From: Octopus sinensis
Taxonomy: Eukaryota
Direction: 5' to 3'
NCBI RefSeq assembly: GCF_006345805.1
Contig: NC_042998.1
Location: 118,792,001 to 118,856,000, forward strand
Length of the DNA stretch: 64,000 nucleotides
Of the stretch, positions 40,634 to 54,337 are shown one piece after another. The notes below the pieces were generated by a model. It searched no databases and was not told the origin of the DNA. It saw only the letters and a list, made by a program, of their open reading frames with translations. The position numbers and the translations under genes are program-made. The first letter of the stretch is position 1. Each line of letters opens with the position of its first letter.

Positions 40634-41870
40634 TACTGGGGTTGGAGAAAATAATGGAAACACCTTATAATTTCAAACAAATTTATTTTAATACGGTGTA
40701 GGACCGCCTTTGGCAGTAATTGAATTCTACAAGCTATGGACTCGTATAAAGTTTGAATTGTTTTCAAAAGATTTTTGTCCATTCTTCAGCTAAAACAGTC
40801 TCCAGTTCTTGTAGTGTAGTGATAATGGTAGAGAATATCGACTCATCACTTGTTTTTCTAAAATGCACCATAAATGTTCAATAATATTGAGATTTGGGGA
40901 CTGTGGTGGCCAGATAAGATGTTCAACTTCACTAGAATGTTCTTCGTGCTATTCAGTTACAACTTTAGCTGTATGAATTGGTGCATTATCATCCAGAAAG
41001 ATTGCGTCCCCCCCCCCCCAGAAACAGTCCCGCAACCATAAGATGAATTTGATCAGATAAAATGCTTAAATAGTCTTGACTATTAATTCTACCATGAAGG
41101 GAAGGCATTGGGCCGGCGGATTTCCAAGGCATAGATCATCACAGATCCTCCTCGTGTTTAGCAGTTGGAAGAAGGCAGTCTGGGTCAAATGCTTCTTTTG
41201 GCTGTCTCTACACGTATACTCGGCCGCTGCTCGGAAATAAGGTAAATGATAAGTCGTCCGAGAAAATAACATTCTTCCACTGCTCTAGGGGCCAATTCTG
41301 TAGGTTTTTACTCCACTCTAAACGCTTAACAACGTTTGTTTTTGAAAGTAGTGGTTTTCAGATTGCAGCCCTCCTGTGAAATCCGTGGAAACATTTTTGT
41401 GGAAGCTTGGTTCTCAAGGTGGTCATTAAGTTCTGCAGTAATTTTGGGAGCTGTACTTGTGTGATCTTTCTAAAATTCTGCGTAAGTGTCCACGCTCTCT
41501 ATCTGAAAGTTTTGGGGTTTTTTCCAGAGTTTTGTCTCGACGAGGATGTTTTCCCTTTCTCGAAGGCTGTCATTACTTTCGAGACAGTACTTTTTGATAC
41601 ACCAAACATTTCGGCTGTTTTCATTACGCTAACGATCACAAACAATTTGACCTCTTTGAAAGTCCGACAGATCTGTCACTTTAATGAATTTTAATTACCT
41701 TCTTCTGATGATATCTGAAAAGAAACAGCAATATTAGTAAAATATATTAAGCAACACTAATGATAAATCAAAAAACACAACAATAAAGAAGCTTTTGACG
41801 GTTTTATAGATATTTCGAAATTATGATGCTATAATGCTAGGTGTTTACATTATTTTGTCCAACCTCAATG
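40634..41870 (-). mobile_element. Tc1 DNA transposon, full length but degenerate (DD34E-type transposase pseudogene)
   Basis: About 32-bp TIRs (GGTTGGAGAAAATAATGGAAACACCT / AGGTGTTTACATTATTTTGTCCAACC) flanked by TA. Translation TDLSDFQRGQIV..., VIFSDD, IFLDDNAPIH, WPPQSPNLNIIEHLW. Confidence 0.92.
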
Positions 41871-41890
41871 TATGTATGTATGTATGTATG

Positions 41891-41945
<55 letters not shown>

Positions 41946-41969
41946 AGAAATTAAATATAAATTATAAAT

Positions 41970-42290
41970 TACAAAGTGGGAGAAGAACGCAAAAACACAC
42001 AAAGAGACGACACAAGAAAACAGATGGGACACTCGAAGCCTCTAATCTTCAGTCGGGAACCGGATCATCTTAGCAATTTCGGCTGTTTAATCTCGATATC
42101 GCTCCGATCCGGCCAGCCCCAAAGAAAAACTAAGCCACGGGCATTAGATTTCTTGGAAAGAGGATCGAATGTATACGAAACAAGAACAGGATGCCACACG
42201 AAACAAAAAATAGAAATAAAAAACAAGAATAGTAAACAGGACAAAAACAGCGGGTGTCTTACGACGTATATATGTATATTTGTTGTTATT
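41970..42290 (+). repeat. Interspersed repeat family C (second copy 59190-59306)
   Basis: GAAGCCT.TAATCTTCAGTC..GAACCGGATCATC.T.GCAATTTCGGCTG is shared by both copies. Confidence 0.75.
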
Positions 42291-42299
42291 TCTACCAAT

Positions 42300-42351
<52 letters not shown>

Positions 42352-42361
42352 AACACATATA

Positions 42362-42512
42362 TGACGGGCTTCTTTAAGTTTCCGTGTACCAAATCAACTC
42401 ACAATGGTTTGGTTGACCCCATGCTTGCCCAAGGTACCATGCAGTGGAAGTGAATCTGCAACTATGTGATTGGGAAGCAAGCTACTTACCACACGGCTGC
42501 GCCTGTGCCTAT
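42362..42512 (-). mobile_element. SINE family A head
   Basis: Reverse complement of the family A head. Confidence 0.8.
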
Positions 42513-43428
42513 AGCTTCGTACTACACAGCCATACCTGCCCTATGTACTTGTGTGTGTGTGTAAGGATAATATCCTATACGTATAAGCAAATCAGGTTAC
42601 ATTCGAATGCCAGATTCCTGCGCATAGAATACAGCGAAACGTGTGAAAACGCAATACAAGAACAGAACTCCATATAATAACTTACCATGTACAAATACAT
42701 GAACTCATACTAACCTACTTACATACAGGCAATTATATATAAAGCAAAATATTTACTCAAGAAGTGCAACAAATTTTGAATAAATTTGATGCGAAAACGT
42801 TGAATCATTTAAGATTGAATTTTGTTTTACGAATGAATCATGGATTATTTTGAAGTAGTTTCCTTTCCATATTTATTTATCAATTATTATCATAAGAGAT
42901 TCATTATTTATATATATATTCATCAATTTAAAACTCCATGTCACATGAAGGGAACTAAATACAGTGTTATTAATATGTAGCCTTTAGAAAAAAAATATCT
43001 TTCTAAACCTAATTATTTTTCTGAAGTTTTTGTTCGACAAAAGTCACATATTTTTGCTATTACCAATACTTTTGTATTTCAGCGCCAATCATTATGTGTT
43101 TCGCAGCTAGCGTTGAACATTTCATTGTTATTCTTAATATTTTTTTCTATATAGCCGTCTTAACTTAGTGATCAACAAAAGTATTATTATATTTTTTGTT
43201 TAAATTAGTATTGTTAGAACATTGTTCTTGTTCGTAACATGCCCATTCATAAAATAATTGGTTTTATCTCACCTTTTGTTTAAGAATAAAAACAACATGC
43301 AATGTATAAATGGTGTGATGCAACCAAACTTAACAAAACAGTAAAACGGTTAATTACAATCTTAAATATTTTGTACGACGTAAAGATTTATACTTATTTT
43401 CTTTCTCACTGTGTGTGTGTGTATGTGT

Positions 43429-43471
<43 letters not shown>

Positions 43472-44650
43472 TGTGTGTGTGTGTTTGTGCGTGTAAGCAT
43501 GTATTAGCTATAAGCGACAGAAGCAGTCTTTGTAACGAGTATGAATTTTCACATCCACCTTAACTTGAAAGTGCCGCGTAAAATCCTTAAACTGTATGAA
43601 ATATCATGATATACAGAATGCTATTTTGAACTAGTACTGCTTCTATCCCTAATAACCATAGATGGGACAGATTACAAAGTAGAGCTTTTCTTTTGGGGGA
43701 GAGATAGATAGATAGACACACGGATATATAGACAAAATACGCGAGCGCACACATTTTATGTATATATACATATAGCAAAAATTGAAGTTGAAAATGCACT
43801 GAGAATAGCTAATATATTTTCTATTATTATATTTAAAGATACACCCGCTTTCACAGTTTAAACTCATTTTCAAAAACTTGAAATAGAAAGACCTGGCTTA
43901 TGCCGCAGCTGTTTTGCTTCGGAGTAGTGTTTGAAGCTTGCCCTATTTTTATAGGGAGTTCGTGGCTCAAATTAGTATATATTTTGAATAGAGTTTGATT
44001 GGTAGAGGCTAGTCACATGATTCGTCTTAGAAATGTGTGACAATGTTTAGCGTCGTCAGTTAAAGCTGACACAGTTGACTGAACAAGTCAAGTGGTAGCA
44101 GTAAACAATCAATGCTCTGAATATTTTCTGTCAAGTGTTTGCAGAGAATGAACACGTGATTAAGTTTAGAACCTTTTGTATGTCTCCCGCTACGTCCGTG
44201 CGTTCGTGCCATGTGGCAGTACTTTTAGCGCCTAAGATGAAAGCCGACACGGTTGAGTGAACATGTTTAATTACAATCAGGGCACATCAAATTTAATGTG
44301 TGATGGCAGAGTCCTTTGTATGCAGTCCAGTGCCTAAAGTTTAGGTTGTTAGCTGTGTAGATTCCTTACGTTGGCAGAATGAGTTTTGTATATGAATAGT
44401 TGTATGTGAATGTGATTTGTTAATGTTTGTTGAGTCTGATTTTGTTCTTTTGTAGGAAAGTATTTTCTTTGCATATCCGTGCTTCCTCTGTGGAGATTTT
44501 GCTTGTCCTCTCATTTGGATCTTTCTGTCCCTGGGGATTATGTTTTTTCTACCAGTTATACATTCTCTGTGGAGCAAATTTACTGCATATGTAATGCAAT
44601 ATTGTGGTAAAGTGCTGTAGCTTTATGTCAATATATTGAGAAGAGACTAA

Positions 44651-44860
44651 GGCGGCGAACTGGAAAAAAAGTTATCGCGCTGAGTGAAATGCTTAGCAGC
44701 ATTTCGTCTGTCTTTACAATCTGAATTAAATGCTGCTGGAGTTGACTTTGCTTTCATCGTTTCGGGTTCGATATGGTAAGTACCAGTTAAGCTCTAGAGG
44801 TCAATGCAATCGATTTACTACCTCCCCCGAATCTGCTGGCCCCGGATCGAAATTTGAATC
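44651..44860 (+). mobile_element. SINE family B
   Basis: GGCGGCGAACTGG...GAAATGCTTAGC...CATTTCGTCTG. Confidence 0.8.
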
Positions 44861-44949
44861 CAATATCTTGCGTAGAGAGACTGATGAGCAGATTTTTTTC
44901 TGAATACCCTTCATATCAGGTTCATGAAAGTTCAGACTGGAAAAGCGTT

Positions 44950-45520
44950 TATGAGGTCAGTCAGAGACTCTGCTTGCTTCTGTTCATGCAGTGACATATA
45001 TGAGAGAAGATGGCCCTAAAGCCATTCAACATCAGGGAGGTTGAAGATTCCTAGAATATGCCAAGTCTGTCACCTAGATTGGTTAATATTTCTATTTCTT
45101 GAGACTCTTTGCAAATAATTTCTTATGATTTGGAGTTTCTGGTGGACAACATGTACAACATGTTACCATTTTCATTGTTTTTCATTGCACTACCAAACTG
45201 TCACAAACCTAAGTTTGAGTTTTACAGCAGGTCTACATGTGTAAGATATTCCCATGCGGACATTTCAACTCCACAATGATTTCTTACTCTACTGTCAATT
45301 AGAAATAAACATAATTTGGTATCTGTATCTCAGCATCTGACATGTTAGCCTTCAGATGTGTTTCTGTTAGGGCCATGCGCATTGATTGATTACATGTAAC
45401 TAAGTCACTCAGGTATAGGGTTTTGCGTTGGTGGGACAGTAAAACGCTCCTGGCATTTGTAGAGGCTCGGAGGTGGCCACCCTAGATCTCTTGTTGTTCG
45501 CGCTGGTCATGTGTACTGGA
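44950..45520 (-). mobile_element. CR1/Jockey-type LINE APE endonuclease remnant
   Basis: MALTETHLKANMSDAEIQIPNY and PPETPNHKKLF...FNLPDVEW. Confidence 0.7.
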
Positions 45521-45608
45521 ATATATAATTTTAATAAATAAATAAGTTAACATTTTAATGTCCTAAAGTTGATGAACCAACTATTGTACTTCTCCATTTT
45601 CTTATTAG

Positions 45609-45645
<37 letters not shown>

Positions 45646-48492
45646 GAGAAAGAGAAAGAGAGATAGTAAATAATAAATAAATAGATTCATATTTATATTA
45701 GAGGTTTTATATAACATATACATTAATATGTGAATATATATACACAAGCTCGCACACAAATACATACATACGCATCAATGAATATAAATATATCTGAATG
45801 TCTGAGGATGCAAAAATATCTGATTATCTATTTTCTCTATATCTATCTATATATATACATATATATGTGTGTGTGTATGTGTTTCGATGTATGTATGTAT
45901 GCATATAGATATGCATGTGTGTTTATGCGTATATATATATATATATACAGTAGATTTTCAACGTAAAGAACAAGCCATAACTTCAAAACAATAAAAATGA
46001 ACAGCAATTCCAGCTGCAGACGATAACCATTCAGATTGAATTAAACGACAGTTTAACTAAAATCTGGAAGCGTTTCCAATTTGGAAAATATTATTAGTAA
46101 ATCAAATTATATAGCGTGTCAGCGAACTGCTGTCCCTTCAGCCATTGCCAACACTAAACTGTATTCGTACTTACCATTTATTACCACCTGTAGCGCATAA
46201 TGGATATAACTACTTTAGTAAAGATTCTCACTATTTACAAAAATCTAATTATAAAGTTTCGTCTTCCGGACAATTTTCTTTTTTTGAAACAATGAAGGAA
46301 ATATATTCAATTTGATATCACAAGTATTTAGTTATGAATAAATCAATGCACTTAATATGCCTATTGTTATTATCTTTACATCGAGCTAGTTTCTAAAAGA
46401 TATTTGAAGTTCGTGTAAGTGGTAAATACGACTAAAAAAAAATTAGGTTTATTTGATTGTGAAATCTGAAGGACAAAAAATGCAATATGCATAAATTAAC
46501 ACATCGAATGTGTCTTTTCCCCACCAGGCATAAGATACGTGTCAACGTGAAAGTTTCTTCGTGGGTTGCTTGGTATGCTGGAAATTCCCTCGAGACAAAT
46601 TCCCTCGAAATTACGCTCGACCGTTTAAAAGACTAGAAAAAATCGCAAAGTGTATGCTGAAATGCCTTTGTAGGTCTCCAGGCCCGAATCAGGTGCCAGA
46701 TCCGAATGAAGGAATGTAATGCGGCAAACGTACCCAACTGTTATGTGGTTGTGTTAAACTGGGCGATGGTTTAGTTGTAACGCTGTAGAAGTTGAAAAGC
46801 CTCTCTGACAGACTGCTGTACAGTTCCCTTCTCTCACTACATTTTAGTCAATCCGACAAAGGAAAGTAGACATTCATTTCACGTTATAATCAGGCCCAGT
46901 TCAGCTTTGACAAAGAAAACCTATGATTAAAGACATGCCACACAGCGTAGAACTCTCTAATAATCAGACGTTCCTAAATATTTTTTTTACATGCAACCTC
47001 TTTTTTTTTCCAAGTACATTTCTATTCTAATAACAAACTCATCTCTAATAATTACCACTTGCCACTTGCATTTTCCCTATTTTACTGTCATTAGATCTCG
47101 CTGCTGTTTCTATACCACCACAGAACAACACAGTACTATATTATTCTTATCCCTTAAATTATAATTACTAACTCATAAACAATTACTAGTAATAAATAAT
47201 TAATAATTAATACATAAACACTTAATTACTAATTTTATTACAAACTTTCTCCCAGTCATACTTCTTTACAGAATTATTCCTTGCTTCATCTTTTGAATAT
47301 TTCCCTTTATCCACATATTCCGCATATTATTAACTTATAACTACATCTCTGTATCCTTCGTTGTCAATTTTGTCCTTTTCATAACTTACTGATTTCAAAT
47401 CTCTATTTATTTGATATTATTTGTTACTATCTCCTCTCATATTTTCTTTGTTTTGTCTTTAAATTCTTACTTATATTGATGGTTTCTACTTTCTTTTGAT
47501 TCTATGCATTTCTTTGATCTAACTGTCCATTTTTTTTTGCTCTTCACACTTTTAAGTAATAAGCCAGATCACGGCCCTATTATAATATCCTTCTAACCTA
47601 CACAATAAACAACGCTACTACCAAATCATATAGTAGCCGAACAATTCTCTACTTCTAGCATCTTACACAATCTAGACTATAAATAGAATACATATCTAGA
47701 CTATAAATCCACTAATAGATAGTGAAAGTCTATCCAATATATTCTCCAATTATTTATGACATTTTAATGACCCAGGCTGACCAATCTAGTCATATCCACA
47801 GAACATTCCCAAAAATATTATACTTTAAATCAGTTGTTCCATACCCACTTTCCCTTCTTGTGCTCTTCCACATTACTCTTCAGCACTTTAGAGTTATGTT
47901 ATCTATAATTAAATAATTTTTTTCACTAATATACTTTCAACTTTTAATCACTGTTTATTGTTGCTTTTAGTAATATCTTTGATTTTTGTTTTCTTTTTTA
48001 ATCTAGAAACTAATTTTTTAGTACACTCTCAGCCGAAAATTACATTGTTATCAAGGATAACCCATTCAAAATCACTTATAAACGGCACACATTTTTTCAA
48101 AAAACATAATACCTCTCTTTCTTTCTCACTCTCTCTCTCTCTTTTCTCTCTCTGTCTCCCTTTATCTCTCTTCTCGTATTTGTTACATGGACACCAAGTG
48201 TACAACAAACACTTTGATATTTGAGATGCTATCATTAGTTCCTGTCAGTATCTATTACAGAAAGTCATAGGAACAATAACTCGCAGAAACTCAGACATTC
48301 TTAAAAGCGGCATTCTTGCAACCATAACTTTTCTTTCTATTTTACATAAATTATTATTTTTGTTTTGTTTCGTTATCATTTCTATAAGCTCTATTCTCAT
48401 TATCATCTTCTACGTGTATACATGTATTCTATTTCGTACTTGTATATTCGTTAGCTTCGGAAACTGATAACATTTTTATTATAATATCAGAA

Positions 48493-48650
48493 GGCAGCGA
48501 GCTGGTAGACTCTTTAGTACGCCAAGCAGAATGCTTCACACATTTCGTCCGTCTTATTTTATTTTGGAGTCAATAAAATAAGTGCTAGCACTGGAGTCAA
48601 TGTAATCGATTTATCTCCACCTCGAATTTGCTGGCCTTATACCAACATTT
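48493..48650 (+). mobile_element. SINE family B, degenerate
   Basis: GGCAGCGAGCTGGTAGA...CATTTCGTCCGTC. Confidence 0.7.
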
Positions 48651-48917
48651 TTTATCATCACAGCTTCCGTTGCGTAGTTACTCTCTCCAACCTATCATCC
48701 CGTTAAGAATATATATATATTCGCCATGATAGATCGTTAGCTACTACACACATTTTTCTCTCCTTGTTTTTTCTGTGTATCTTATAGAAGAGCGTAGGCT
48801 CGAAATGTAAAAGACTTTTTCTATTCCTGAGCCCTATACTAATACATCTGTTTGTTTGTACACCACCCGCCTTCGTCTTTTGTTTATTTTCGTAAACTTT
48901 CCCTTTGTATATATATA

Positions 48918-49944
48918 CTAGCATTAAAGACCCGTCGTTGCCGGGTCATAGTGCTAGTGCATGTATATATGTGTATATATATGTCTACATATTACATGTA
49001 CATCTATATATATACATCTACAACATAAAATACAAAATATAAAGTTATATCTTGATATCGCTAGTGATAACAATACTCAAAATATATAAAAGACTGGAAT
49101 TGTTAGCCCGTCTCTTGTAATTTCGATCAATTGTATCTTGTCCTCCCTCTTGTATAGAAGTGTAGCTACAATCCAGCCTACCTCTACTTCTAGGGGAGGG
49201 GGCATTTAAAATTTTTTTTCCGGGACGTCCTACGTCCCAGATATAAATGTAAAAATAAAATATTTCCACTTTGCAAGTTCGAGTCGAGTACTCCCTTGCA
49301 CGCTCCGTTGACTCGAACCTTGCTTGTATTGTGGCGAATTTACCGCCTCTGAGTAGATATCTTTCATAGTCGCACCAAGACACATTTCGAAGGTGCTTTC
49401 CGCCATGTGTTCAAATATTTTTCTCTACGTTGTATAATTTATAGACAATAGTCTTTTCTTTAATTTAATTTTTTATTATCCATCTGGACTATTCCATTTC
49501 TGCACGCTAATTTTATTTTTAATTTATTCCCATTCATGTGAAACCACTTATTCAAGTTCAAGGCATTGATGCAATTTTATACCAATTGCTATTTTTACTT
49601 TTGTTATGTTACGATTATATTATACTTTAGTTTGATTTTAATTATTACTTACTACCTATAATTCAATTGTTATTATTATTTTTATTGTTAAAGTGAAAGT
49701 ATCTGACATAAAATAGGGAAATGTTTTTGTTTCACTTTTAACACGTAATACTGAAATAGTGGAGAAGATATGATATTGCTATGGGCTCGCTCTAGGCAAG
49801 AAGTTGAACATTTATTTTGCCCATGAAACTACATGGACCTTAAGTAAGGCATGTGTAAAATTTGAATGAAATTGGTTGTGTAGTTCTCAAGTTTTAGGGA
49901 GACACACAGACAGACACACATTCTCAGTTTTATATATATAAAGA
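48918..49944 (-). mobile_element. Non-autonomous Helitron
   Basis: On the minus strand it begins A|TC (49944) and ends CTAG|T (48918), with the hairpin GACCCG-GCAACGA-CGGGTC about 10 nt from the 3' end. These are canonical Helitron termini and an AT target. Confidence 0.82.
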
Positions 49945-49952
49945 TATATATA

Positions 49953-49983
<31 letters not shown>

Positions 49984-50202
49984 ATATTATATATTATATA
50001 TTATATATATATGTGTGTATGTGCGTGTGTGTGTGTGTGTGTTGTGTGTGTGTGTGTGTGTGTGTGTATATTTCACATTTTCGGAAAGTTTTCTCTGGGA
50101 AGATGAGATGTTGAATATATAAGCACGTTAGCAAAAACTATAAGCACCAAGTATCATTTATCTACTTGTCACACTGAGACTTTCCTTATTGTTGATTACA
50201 AC

Positions 50203-53037
50203 TGTAGCGGTGTAGGTAGCTAGATAATTGAATGATCTCAAGAAAGATCATATAGTAACCTTCCTTTTCTGAGTATCTCGAAGCATCGTTATCACGAAAC
50301 GTGATTCTTGGTTATTCAAGAAGCTTGGCATTTCTCTTGGAAGTTTCTAAAATGTCTAACGTTCCATTAACAAAAAACAGTTTGCTAACTCAGCTTTTCG
50401 CTTCTTAGTCGATTAGACTTAGAGCCATTCACGTCGTTGCTATGTACGTCTATTTCTCTACGCCCTACAGAAAATATGACTGAAATCCACCACTTCGCTT
50501 TTCTACATTTCCTGTTTCTGATCTTTCTAGAGTAGGTTACTTCATTCAACTAGCTTCTACTATTCGATTTCATGTACTATCATCGATAGAAGGATTAAAT
50601 ATATTTTTATGTAGTAAATGTATAGATCTTGTATTTATTCTTTCATCTATGTATGAACTTTTGTAATAACATGCACATAGCCACACCAACACCTTCTACT
50701 GTCTATATATTTCACTACATTAATTGGTGACTCTGGGGTGATTCGAACACGCTGCCAGAATTCTTTTTCACTAAATGGAGTGATGATGACCAGCTACTCT
50801 TTGAAGGACGAATTATTCCAAGCCGGAGCTTGTGGTGGAACTCTGCTTTAGCAGATTTGAATTTTTCAAGTGGTAAAACGTCTAAGACGCGAGACAGATC
50901 CATTGGTGGTTATATGATGAGTAGTTGTATGAGTTGAAGCATTAATATCAAAGTGAAATTTGTTAACTCAGGATAGGATTGAAGCAAGGCTTGACATTTG
51001 TATGATTTAGCCGCAATAAAGAGTAGTGGGCTGACAAATGTGGAATTGAAATGTCTTCCTAAACCGCATAACTGTGTACTGCTATCAATAAGTCTCTTTA
51101 TTTTAACATCCACTAACAGCGAAAAATGCTGGCAAAAATCAGCTCCTAAAATTGAGTGAGGAAGGTTAGCTATAATGGAAACCCACTGGAAACTTCGTTT
51201 GAGGTTCAGGTCCAGTACGAGTGAAATCTCACCGAAAGTTTAATTGGAGAGCTGTTGGCTGCTTGAAGAGATATGTCAGAAGCGAAAAGTTTTCTTTATC
51301 AAATTTAAACGCCCAGACACTGCCAGACGCTCCGGAATCGACCGGAAATTCCTTCTTTGACTCGAAATCTAGTATGAAAAATGTGCGACTAGGAAGAAAA
51401 TGAGCCAGGATCTGCGGTCACGTTCGGAGTTCAACTTAAAGTTCGTCTTAAAATTTCGTTCTTGATTGATGAATACGTTGCATCTGCCGGTGGAGTTGTA
51501 ATAATATCTCACAATTCTCCAATTAATGATGGTGGTATAGAGCTAAGTAAAATTTAGAGGTGCTGTTGTTCTGAATTGTGCTTGCTTGCGTAAAAAAATG
51601 CTTCCAACTGGACAGACCAAACAGCGATGTCTCCTGTGAAAATTGATAATACAGGATGATTCATAGCAGATATAATCGCTTGAGTTGAATCTCCCTTGCA
51701 AGAAAGATCACAGAGTAACCTTCCTTTTCTGAGTTACTCGAAGGATCGTTGTCACAATACGTGATTCTTGATTATTCAAGAAGCTCGACGTTTCTCTTGG
51801 AAGTTTCAAAAATGTCTAGAGTTTTCCTGACGTTTAAATGTAAAAGGTGAAATACGTTTCTTAGCTGCAGAACCAAACTTATAATGACACCAGCAGAAAA
51901 TGTCTTGATCTGCTAGGAAGATGAGAATTAGAACGACGAAAACGACGCCTTGAAGAACTGTTGATATGCAAGAGACGAACTTCAGCGACTAGCTTGTCTA
52001 TAGTCTTCTGTGTAGACTCATGAAATTCCTTAAATTCAGAGGGAACCGTAGCAACTGGCAAGGGATAGTTGTTCTATTCTCGATTAGATTTTGTATACTC
52101 CAAAACTTTATCTGCCGATGCAGCAAGTAGGTCGTCTGTGCTAACGTCGGTCAAATGGGCGAGAGTACTTTGAACATACTGTGGCAATCTGGAGAAAAAG
52201 AGTTGTTTAAGCAACTTACTTTCAACAGGTTTGTCTTCTGTAAGCTACCGCATTTTTCTGAGCATTTGTGATGGTGTTCGGTCTCCTAAATGCTCGTCGT
52301 TCGGAAGGTTTGGGAATTTCTTTTCAGAAGAGAGCGATGTTCGTCTTAAAATTTCGTTCTTGATTGATGAATACGTTGCATCTGCCGGTGGAGTTGTAAT
52401 AATATCTCACAATTCTCCAATTAATGATGGTGGTATAGAGCTAAGTAAAATTTAGAGGTGCTGTTGTTCTGAATTGTGCTTGCTTGCGTAAAAAAATGCT
52501 TCCAACTGGACAGACCAAACAGCGATGTCTCCTGTGAAAATTGATAATACAGGATGATTCATAGCAGATATAATCGCTTGAGTTGAATCTCCCTTGCAAG
52601 AAAGATCACAGAGTAACCTTCCTTTTCTGAGTTACTCGAAGGATCGTTGTCACAATACGTGATTCTTGATTATTCAAGAAGCTCGACGTTTCTCTTGGAA
52701 GTTTCAAAAATGTCTAGAGTTTCATTAATAAAAAAAGCTTGCTAACCCAGCTTCTCGCTTTTTCGATTAGAGCCATTCACGTCAATTTCTCTACGCCCTA
52801 GAGTATATATGACTGTTGTTCTACATTTCCTATCTCTGAACTTTCTTGCATAGATTACTTCATTGAACTAGCTTCTACTATTTGATGCTATGTATTATCA
52901 TCGATAGAAGAATTAAATATATTTTTATGTAGTACATGTATAGATTTTGTATTTATTCTTTCATCTCTGTATGAACCTTTGTAATAACATACACGTAGCC
53001 ACATCAACACTTTGTACTGTCTATCTATCGCACTACA
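50203..53037. mobile_element. Rearranged Ty3/Gypsy LTR retrotransposon remnant
   Basis: LTR1 50203-50719 (TGTAG...CTACA) and LTR2 about 52596-53037. 4-bp TSD CAAC (50199-50202, 53038-53041). PBS-like TGGTGAC at 50725. Minus-strand gag (52562 down; GEL*DIITTPP, CWCHYKFGSAAKK), protease (VDSGASGSVW) and RT start (AKAEF...LGIIRPSKSSWSSSLHLVKK). Confidence 0.88.
51441..52722 (+). repeat. Identical 384-bp direct repeat (51441-51824 = 52339-52722)
   Basis: Base-by-base comparison found no mismatch. Confidence 0.92.
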
Positions 53038-53698
53038 CAACGATCACCACGTGGAAATTTGTTTAAAGTATATGTACATTTTTGTGTATGTATATGTATG
53101 CAGGCATGCGCCAGGAAAATTAGTACCCTCGCTGACATAAGTGGAGGTTTCTACAGTAATAATGCTTCTAATTGCAATACAAAAGTATATCTTAAACTAC
53201 AGTAGAAATTAAAGTTATAAACTATTTCAACTTTAATTACAGCAAGCAAAAATAATCTAATGGAAAAAAAGCAATTGATAATATTCCAGTAAAAAGAGTA
53301 ATTAGGTTTGTTACGATCTATATAATGGTAATAACTAGAAAATAAAGCTGATAGATAAGACTTGAAAAATATACAATTAGCAGTAGCTTTCAGTCGTTAT
53401 TGCAAGTAAATAAATGGATATCTCTCATCTTTGTGTCATTTTAGAAACATTATTAATAATTTACTGACAAAACGATATTGTATTATATTTTATAAGTACA
53501 TGCGATCTGTTTCATTTACAATATTCTATGTCCTCTAAACATATAACTCATTTTGACTACGAGCGGGCTAGTAATACTGGAAAATACAGCAGCGATAATT
53601 GAAATAAGTATGCATATATATTCAATATGGCTGACATTGCTTGTCTGAGCGTCGATGTGTATATATATATATAATATATATATAATATATATATTATA

Positions 53699-53751
<53 letters not shown>

Positions 53752-53757
53752 ATATAT

Positions 53758-53797
<40 letters not shown>

Positions 53798-54039
53798 GAA
53801 AATAGTAAAAAGTGAAAAAACTACAGAAGGCTTGTTTTGAAAGGTTAAAAAATATATATTTGAGTCATTATGTCTGAAAAATGTTATACATTTTTTTCAT
53901 ACAATGACATAGTTTTTGAAGAAATGACCGGTTTCGAGTTCAGCTTTTCAAATTTCTTACATCGTTATGTTTACGTTGAGAAGTGTGAAGGAGAGAGTTC
54001 CTGATAAGGGGAGGTAATAAGTGATTTCTTCCGGTGTGT

Positions 54040-54296
54040 GTGTGTGTATGTGTGTGTATGTGTGTGGTTAATGTCTATTAGTGTGTTGCGCGTGCGTTAG
54101 TGTGTATATGTCTGTTCGCATGCGTGTCCATGTCTGTTGGGTGTATCCGTGTGGCATGCGTGTATATGTGTCTTGCGTGTGTTGGTATTGAGTATGTGCT
54201 TTTGTGTGTGCGTACACACGGTGTGGGTGCACGCGTCCTTGTGTGTGTATATACATGAATACATGTGCCTACGCGTGTGTGCGGGCCATACATACA

Positions 54297-54337
<41 letters not shown>

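Noticed and set aside
48765-48795. Hammerhead-like GAAGAGCGTAGGCTCGAAA in the repeat at 48715-48905
   Set aside because: The CUGA core is absent in this copy and stems I and III do not pair.
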